From contig NC_043013.1 of assembly GCF_006345805.1 (NCBI RefSeq), positions 53,630,001-53,694,000 on the forward strand: a stretch of 64,000 nucleotides of DNA, in the 5' to 3' direction. The DNA is from Octopus sinensis. Lineage: Eukaryota. Positions 56,341-64,000 of the stretch are shown here, piece after piece. Numbering within the stretch: the first letter of the stretch is position 1; every line of letters begins with the position of its first letter. The position numbers were made by a program, and so were the translations under genes. The notes under the pieces were generated by a model. That model did not search any database. It was not told the origin of the DNA and saw nothing but the letters and a program-made list of their open reading frames with translations.

Positions 56341-57562
56341 ACATCTTCGAGGCTGGAGTTGATTACACAACGGCACTCAATGAATCGCTGTGTCAATCAT
56401 AAAGTAGAATTACTAGGTTTGTCCCTTAATTGATCGATTTACAAACAAACTATTGTGTGTGCATATGTATATATATATATTTGTTATGTGAAAAACAACC
56501 ATACAAGCTGTAGCAGATACTGTCGGCAATTAGCATTAAATAAGAAATTGTCACCGACATCGAGTAACTTGTAGCATTTCTTGACTTCATTATCCTCGAG
56601 ATACTTCCAACAGATTTATATATATATACATACAAACATAATATATATATATATATATAATATATATATATATATATTATATATATATGTGTGTGTGTGT
56701 ATGTATGTATGAATGTATATAGATAGATAGATATATGTGTGTGTATGCATATGCATATATATTTTTGCATATGTATATGTACATAGGTAGATAACAGATA
56801 TATAGAGACATAAATAGACACACAGAAATACATAAGATACATATATGCATAACTAAATGGATAAATTGCATGTCTGCGTGAAAATGTGTGTAATGATATA
56901 TATATATATATACACACACACATACACACACACATATATATAATATATATATTATATATATAATATATATATATATATATATGGGTGTGTGTATGTGTGT
57001 TGTATGTTTGCATATGTATATGTTTATAATGTTGTTCATAGCAATTATCTTTCCTCAACACGACATATTTAAATGCATTTTTATAGCCAAGAATTTTATC
57101 AACATTAACACACACACACACATGCACACACACACATGTATGACTATATGGACCACCACAGCTCTCCGATTACCATGCACAATTCAACCACCTCACTAAA
57201 TGACTTCCAATTTTCCAATCCTGAGAACAACTTTGATGTTCTCTTATTTACCAATTCCCAAGATTTAAAGAACATTTTGTTCCTCTATCATTTCAAGATA
57301 AGTATTATCGACATTTTCTGTACACAGATACTTATACTGTATGTATGTATGTATGTATACATGTATGTAAGTATATATGTGTGTGTGGACGCGTGTGGGT
57401 GTATGTGTGTATGTACCTGTGGATACGCACACACACATATATATATATAAATATATATATTGATAAAACGGTAAGATAACAAAAGAAAGAAAGAGACCTC
57501 AATATTATGTAAATAGAGGAAATTTATCTATACAATAATATGTTACATTACTCGATAGTCAA

Positions 57563-57620
57563 GATAAAACTCTGAGTTTCAGATGCCGAAGTGGGAATCC
57601 ACGACATCTCTTCGGTTATC
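57563..57620 (-). ncRNA. Type I hammerhead ribozyme motif (C4 variant)
   Basis: gataa-CCGAAGA-gatgtcg(tggattcccactt)cggcatc-t-GAAAC-TCAGA-GTT-ttatc, inside a (TA)n-flanked insert of about 57460-57848. Confidence 0.75.
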
Positions 57621-57870
57621 TGGCTATTTGAATATTGCAGCAATATTTGCAGCTTTTAATAAAGCTGTTCTTCATATGAAACAATTGTACTGAAAAACTA
57701 ATCCATTCTTGTTGCTTTTTTCTTGTTTATAATCACCCCACATTATTTTATGGTTAATACCATATAGATTTCTGGTGCATCTAAGTTAAGTACTGCATTC
57801 ATGTGAATTAATTGGAACTCACTTGAATCTTAATAGCTTTTACTGAATATATATATATATATATGTATAC

Positions 57871-57957
<87 letters not shown>

Positions 57958-58571
57958 ATATATATATTATATATATAAATTATACAATTTTATACAGAGA
58001 TTGTTAATTTTAACAATAATCAGATACAGGCTAGAATCGAATTGCTCAAATTGAGCTAAGTTCCAATTTATAAGTTGAATGGAGACAATACCAGCAGAAA
58101 TCTAGAGGAATATGACCTATTATCCAATAGAATATTCAATATATATGCGTACTTTCTTGACATTAATAAATCAATATAAAGTTTCGAGATAATACAGTAT
58201 TAAAATCATACAAGTATATAAACATATAAATATTTAATATTTAAAAACATGCAAGTATTTAAAGTTATTTTTTAATATTTAAAAATACGTAGGCATTTTA
58301 AAATTATATAAACACATAAATAGATATAGAAAACGTTGATATGATATAAGCTAAACACTCGTAGGTATTTAAGACATTTAAAAATACTCATAAATGTATA
58401 TAATACGCAGGCAAAATAGAAAACATCAATATAATATAAGACTTATTGAATTATTAATTCACACGATAAGATACAAGGGAATAAAATTCCTAAGTTACAA
58501 CACGGAGTCCAGTGGAAAGTTTGAAATTATAATACATTAAAAGAACATACAAATATACGAAGATAATGTTT

Positions 58572-58657
58572 CATCGACGGGCCGTTTCGGAGATGTGTCA
58601 GATAATATGACATAAATTTCATATTTAAATGAAAGAGACACTCCACTCATCAGGATG
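58572..58657 (-). ncRNA. Type I hammerhead ribozyme motif, canonical core
   Basis: catc-CTGATGA-gt-ggag[..]ctcc-GAAACG-GCC-CGTC-gatg; GUC triplet. Confidence 0.85.
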
Positions 58658-58719
58658 CTCCACAACATGAAAGATACAGTGATAGCAACATATAGATGGA
58701 CAACTTACCTTTGTTGTCC

Positions 58720-59615
58720 TTTTTCATCTGAAGACATGTGAAGAAGTCCGACAACTTCAAAATTGACAATTGTGTAAAGAAAGAAAAACTTAAAGAGAAA
58801 AACAGCACGAAAAAGGAATAGCATGAAAATACAAAAATGTACGGTTAGTTTGCAGAAGATACGAAGGTCCAGGCAAATACAGAAAATCGCTGGTTATGGC
58901 TGCGGAGGAGTGGCTTTGCGCAGCACAAGAACAAGCATTAAGGACAAACTATGTGATTTGACAACAGAAACCAGGGCGACAAATGTGTGTGGAGAGGGTT
59001 GAAATGGTATGGCATATTATTAGTGAATGGTCGAAATTGGCACCAAGCAAATACAAAAGAAGACATGGCAATGTGGCAAAAATAATCCATAAGGAGTTCT
59101 GTGGATATTACAGCCTACAAAGAGCAAAGACGTAGTATGACCAAATCTCAGAAGGACTTCCTGAGAATAAAGATTGCAAATCCTACAAGGGTGCAATGAT
59201 TCAGTGCGACCACCAGGTCAGACATCGGAAAGAGGACATTGTTGTGGTGACAAAAGAAACAGAAAAGACTTGCATGATAATCGACATCGCACATCGCAGG
59301 GACAACAGGATCGAAGAGAAAGAAGGAGAAAAAATAAACAAGTATGACGGTTTGAAGTGCGACATACGCAGCTTCTGGACAATGAGGAGAATAGATATGA
59401 TACCAATAGTGACTGGCACGTTCGGAAGTATCAGCACTGAGCTAACAACATGGCTTAAAAAGATTGGTACAACTGTAAGGATAGAAGAACTACAAATATC
59501 AGCGTTGCTTGGAAATGCAAGAATTCTTTGCTGGGTTCTTGAAGCATGACCAGTAAACAAGTGTCGCCTTAGTCTGCTGGCTGTGGACAGCTGACACTTT
59601 TTGTCAGACCCAGTA
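58720..59615 (+). mobile_element. R4/Dong-like RLE non-LTR retrotransposon 3' part, decayed
   Basis: AQ..EQALRTNY, zinc-knuckle relic DKC..CG..VEMVWHIISEWSKLA..YKRRHGNVAKIIH, and RLE domain HRKEDIVVV..CMIIDIA..EKEGEKINKYD..IPIVTGTFG..LQISALLGNARIL ending at stop 59549. Confidence 0.88.
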
Positions 59616-59648
59616 AAGTAAGTTGAGAGCTTTGATCGAATGATATTT

Positions 59649-60048
59649 ATCCTTTCTACTGTCGGCACAAGGCCTGAAATTTGAAGCGGGGAGATAGTCG
59701 AGTTCAACGACACCATCATTCAAATGAAGTACTTTGATTTATTGACCTCAAAAGAATGAAAGCCAAATTCGACCTCGGCGGAATTTGAACCCAGAACGTA
59801 GCGTCAGACGAAATACCTATTTCTTTACTACCCACAAGGGGTTAAACACAGAGGGGACAAACAAGGACAGACAAACGGATTAAGTCGATTATATCGATCC
59901 CCGTGCGTAACTGGTACTTAATTTATCGACCTCGAAAGGATGAAAGGCAAAGTCAACCTCGGCGGAATTTGAACCCAGAACATAACAGCAGACGAAATAC
60001 CGCTAAGCATTTTGCCCGGCGTGCTAACGATTCTGCCAGCGCGCCGCC
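59649..60048 (-). mobile_element. Dimeric SINE family 2
   Basis: Two units sharing gacctcggcggaatttgaacccagaac..gacgaaatacc, joined by a linker of about 60 bp. Confidence 0.85.
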
Positions 60049-60409
60049 CTTTCATCAAATAATGAAGACAAGAAATATACAGCTTCTTCTGTGTCTGCTA
60101 ATACCAAACCACAAATACTATTGCATCCATTACTGCAGTTGCCGCAACTACTACTGCTGCTACTACTATACTACTACTACTACTACTATACTACTACTAC
60201 TACTACTACTACAACTACTACTACTGCTGATGCTGTTACCTTGCTAGTGCTGCTTGCGCTATCGCTGCTGCTGCTGCTGTGTACACTAATCGAAGTAGAT
60301 ATATTTTGGCATGCTTTGTGAATATGAAAGAAATATTTTCAGCAAGCGTTCTTTCTTTAATGGAACTTTACCATTATTATAATTTCTTCCTCACTCTCTC
60401 CATCAGGAA

Positions 60410-60535
60410 GGCGCGTGAACTAGTGATTACAATGTCCGTCTCATGACCATAATGTTGTCAGTTCAATTCCGGTATCGAGCTGTGTGTTGTCTCCTTGAGC
60501 AAGGCACTCCATTGCACGTTGTTCCAATCCATTCC
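60410..60535 (+). mobile_element. tRNA-derived SINE head, family 3
   Basis: GGCGCGTGAACTAGTGATTA..GTTCAATTCC..TGTGTTGTCTCCTTGAGCAAGGCACT. Confidence 0.65.
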
Positions 60536-61151
60536 CTAATGTCAGTTCAGTGGCGCACCTCGCTCCGCCTCTCTTCCACCCCAGCAGTCACATCATCCAT
60601 GTGTAGCTGGGTGAAAGAGTGGGTGAGTCGATACGGTGTCCATGTCTGCACGTGACTTTTCAGGCACTTAAAACTATTGACGAAACCACGGTACCTGTTA
60701 TCAAATCTTACACGTTTGCTGCTGACGATAAGCTCTTTTAAATCCCCCTCCCCCAAACTACCACTGTCGATTCTTTTAATGATGCTCTGCCTCCTTTTTT
60801 TTTATTTCTACTCCTTTTATTCCCAGACAAATATTTCTGCAATAAAACTAAATTTAGCATTTAACTCCTCCTTTGATCGTCTGCTTCTCTTCATTTTTTA
60901 CAACCAGTTTTTTCTCTTATACTCTTTTATATCTTCTTCTCTCTTTATATTTCATGATTTTCATGTTTTTTCTGCATTTTTGAAGGACTTTTTATGTGCC
61001 AAACTCCTCCGTTTTTTATTTTTCTTTGTTTTTATTCTCTGTTTCCCTCCTATTTCCACTTCTTTTGTTCTTCTTCTTTTCTGTCCGTCTTCGTTCTTCT
61101 TCATCCTAATAATAATAATCATCTCCTCTAGCTACTACTACTATACTACTA

Positions 61152-61183
<32 letters not shown>

Positions 61184-61414
61184 TTACTACTACTCTAGTA
61201 CGGATAATAATAATAATAATAATAATATAATAATAATAATACTCCAACTACTACTTCTTATCCTCCCCCAGGCTCCTGTCTTTCATTAACTTTTTCTTTT
61301 TTTCTTTACCGTTTCTTTTTTATTTATTTTTTTTTATTTTTCCAAATGTTCCATACTTCGCTTCTTATTCCGTCTTTGTATTCTTCATTTTCTTACAATC
61401 TCGTCTGCCTTATT

Positions 61415-61611
61415 CAAGGCCTGAAATTCCGCGGTCGGGAGTCAGTCGGTTACATCATCCCCAGTGCTTAAATGTTGCTTATTTCATCTACCCCAAAAGG
61501 ATAAAAAGCTAAAGTCGATCTGAGCTGAATTTGAACTCATATTGTAAAGACGGCCGAAATGCCGCTCTGCAGTTAGTCCGGCTTTGCGAACGAACGATTC
61601 TGCCAGATCGC
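61415..61611 (-). mobile_element. Diverged SINE family 2
   Basis: caaggcctgaaatt..aaagtcgatct..gaatttgaactc..gattctgccag. Confidence 0.8.
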
Positions 61612-62049
61612 AATGCCTTACGCTATTTTATAATATTGCTATTTCAATCTGGTGTCGCTGTCTGGTCCATATATTTTTGAGTCGATAATTCTACAGAAAG
61701 AGGAATGAAGCCGATCGCTTATCGGAAAAAATAAATTGATTAGATTAATTAATTACGGATAATGTGTTATCGATCGATATAACAGATATAGATGATAAGC
61801 CATGAATTGGGAAATCTACCTGTGGTCACAGTTTTCAATCGCAGAAATGTGGTTGCGTTTGTAATAATCATCAGGAGCGATTTATGTGCTAACTACATAT
61901 ACTTCAGTGTCAAGCATCTAATTCACTGAATCGACACATATGCATACGTGTGTGTGCATGCATGTGTGTATATATGTGTGTGTGTATGTATGTACGTATA
62001 TACATATATATATATGTGTATATACATATATATATATATATATACATAC

Positions 62050-62215
62050 GCTGGAGCTAATCTAGGGACAGCTGATGAAGGGGATTTTTCCTTGTGTAGT
62101 TTGTCTTGTACACAGTTCTTTCGTTGTTAAAAAAAAGGTCCGTTCCATGCTTGCTTTTTCGTTTTCGTTTCTCGTTGAGTTCTACGCCTAATTGCGATGT
62201 CCTGTACTCACGTAT
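62050..62215 (+). mobile_element. (TA)n-embedded repeat fragment related to 13325-13425
   Basis: Shared ttgtgt..tgtcttgtac..tttcgttg..gtccgt..ccatg..tcctgtac; carries CTGATGA without a matching GAAA. Confidence 0.55.
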
Positions 62216-62529
62216 ATATATTTAAATATGCATGTATATATACATGTAGATGTAGGTACGTACATATATGTATGTATGTATGCATGTATTTTATTTTTTA
62301 CACTATTGTATGACTGAGCGCCCTCGCGTCGATTCGATTCGTTTCGTTTCATTTCTCCTTCTCCAAGTACAGTTTATATATATATATATTATATTATATA
62401 TGCATATATATATATATGTATTAATATATAATATATGTATAGTTTATATATATGAATATATATAAATTATATTATATGATACGTATATATATGTATATAT
62501 ATATATATACATATATATATACGTATTAT

Positions 62530-62571
<42 letters not shown>

Positions 62572-62573
62572 CG

Positions 62574-62638
<65 letters not shown>

Positions 62639-63229
62639 GTTTATGAATTTGTGTACAAGATTCTTGATGTGCAGATGTGTGTTTAAACAGATATTGTTGC
62701 ATTTCCGGATAGTCATTTTTTGCTGTTTGTTTTTTGCAAAATAAACACACGCACTATATATTCCTTTTTTACTCGTTTATTCCTGTTCTTATTCTAACTC
62801 ATGTCCATTGTCTGGAAATCTTTCGTCACACATCTGTGACCTCCTCTGCGACACTTTCCCTCTTCATGTGTGCTCTTGCTCTACTTCTTCCATTCTGTCC
62901 TTCTATGATGTGTATCCCTATATGCGCTTGTGTCTGTGTTTGTATGTATTTGAATGTTCGCCCACACTGCCGCCATCTTTGTAGTTGTTGTCAGTGAAGT
63001 TACCGTTTGTGTGTTTGTGTGCGTATATGAGTTCGCTTCCTATGTTGCTTATATCCGTGCCCTTTATACATTTAAGAAAAAAAATTTGTCTCTAATTCTT
63101 TTTCATATTTATCACAGGTATGTGCATACATGTCTATTGGATGTGTATTACGCTATTTGTATCTGCTTTATTTTTTCTCCTTTCATCCCGAAATACAACA
63201 ATACACATACATACGTATATATACATACG

Positions 63230-63340
<111 letters not shown>

Positions 63341-63891
63341 GGAGAGAGAGAGAGATAGATGGGGGAGATGGATCGCTTTTGACGGTGGAACTCGATGTAG
63401 GTGCAAATAAAAATATTGGTTTTAAAAACACTTTGGATGTTTAAAGTCGAGAGCGTTCTGAAGCTTAATATGAATATACGCCATTATTTGTAGCTTTATC
63501 TACATCGAATGTTATTGTTAAAAACGGCTTATTTTATGTCTCTTGAAGTTTCAAAATTCTTATGGCATCAACAGTATGTGTATGTACGTGTGAGTGAGTG
63601 TGTGTACGTGTGTGTGTAATTGTGTGTGTGTGACTAGTGAGTGTGTGTACATGTTTATGTGTGTGTGTGTTTGTGTGTGTATGTGTGTGTCCGTATCAAA
63701 TAAACATCATAAATGCTTTACCCCACGCAGAAACTGAAGGAACTATACAGAGGCTTTTCCACCTCTTCTAAATCCATAGCACTGCTAGAAACACTTGCGA
63801 AACCTCAACAGATATGGCGGGGTTACAAGCGTTTCTCCCCCAAATAATGTATGATCAAACCAGGTGTACTTATCTGAGATTTAGTAGAAAA

Positions 63892-64000
63892 GCGGCGAGC
63901 TGTCAGAACCGTTAGCACACTGAACAAATTGCTTAGAAGCATTTAATCTGTCTATACGTTTGTGAGTTCAAATTTCACCGAACTCGACTTTACCATTCAT
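63892..64000 (+). mobile_element. SINE family 2 5' part, running off the window end
   Basis: gcggcgagctgtcagaaccgttagcac..gagttcaaatttcaccga. Confidence 0.8.

Overview
AT-rich, microsatellite-saturated eukaryotic DNA with no host protein-coding exon that I can support. The tRNA-derived SINEs look like octopus (coleoid cephalopod) families; this organism call is an inference. Almost all listed ORFs are translations of (TA)n, (CA)n, (TAGA)n or triplet repeats. Recognisable content: decayed transposons (mariner N-terminus with TIR, a Tc1-like MITE, an RTE/BovB-like LINE with about 80-bp flanking direct repeats, an RTE zinc-finger 3' end, an R4/Dong-like RLE LINE 3' end, non-autonomous Helitrons and a Helitron PIF1 helicase relic), SINEs of at least three families, and a 10.9-kb 26/32-bp minisatellite with a 2.24-kb higher-order period. 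The main unexplained signal is a set of short non-coding inserts sitting in (TA)n tracts. They carry nine type I hammerhead ribozyme motifs with mutually dissimilar sequences, several with core variants, plus partial tandem repeats and fold-back inverted duplications. This matches Penelope pseudo-LTR or retrozyme-like elements that target (TA)n. All structures and alignments were read by eye, none was computed, and coordinates may be off by a few bases.
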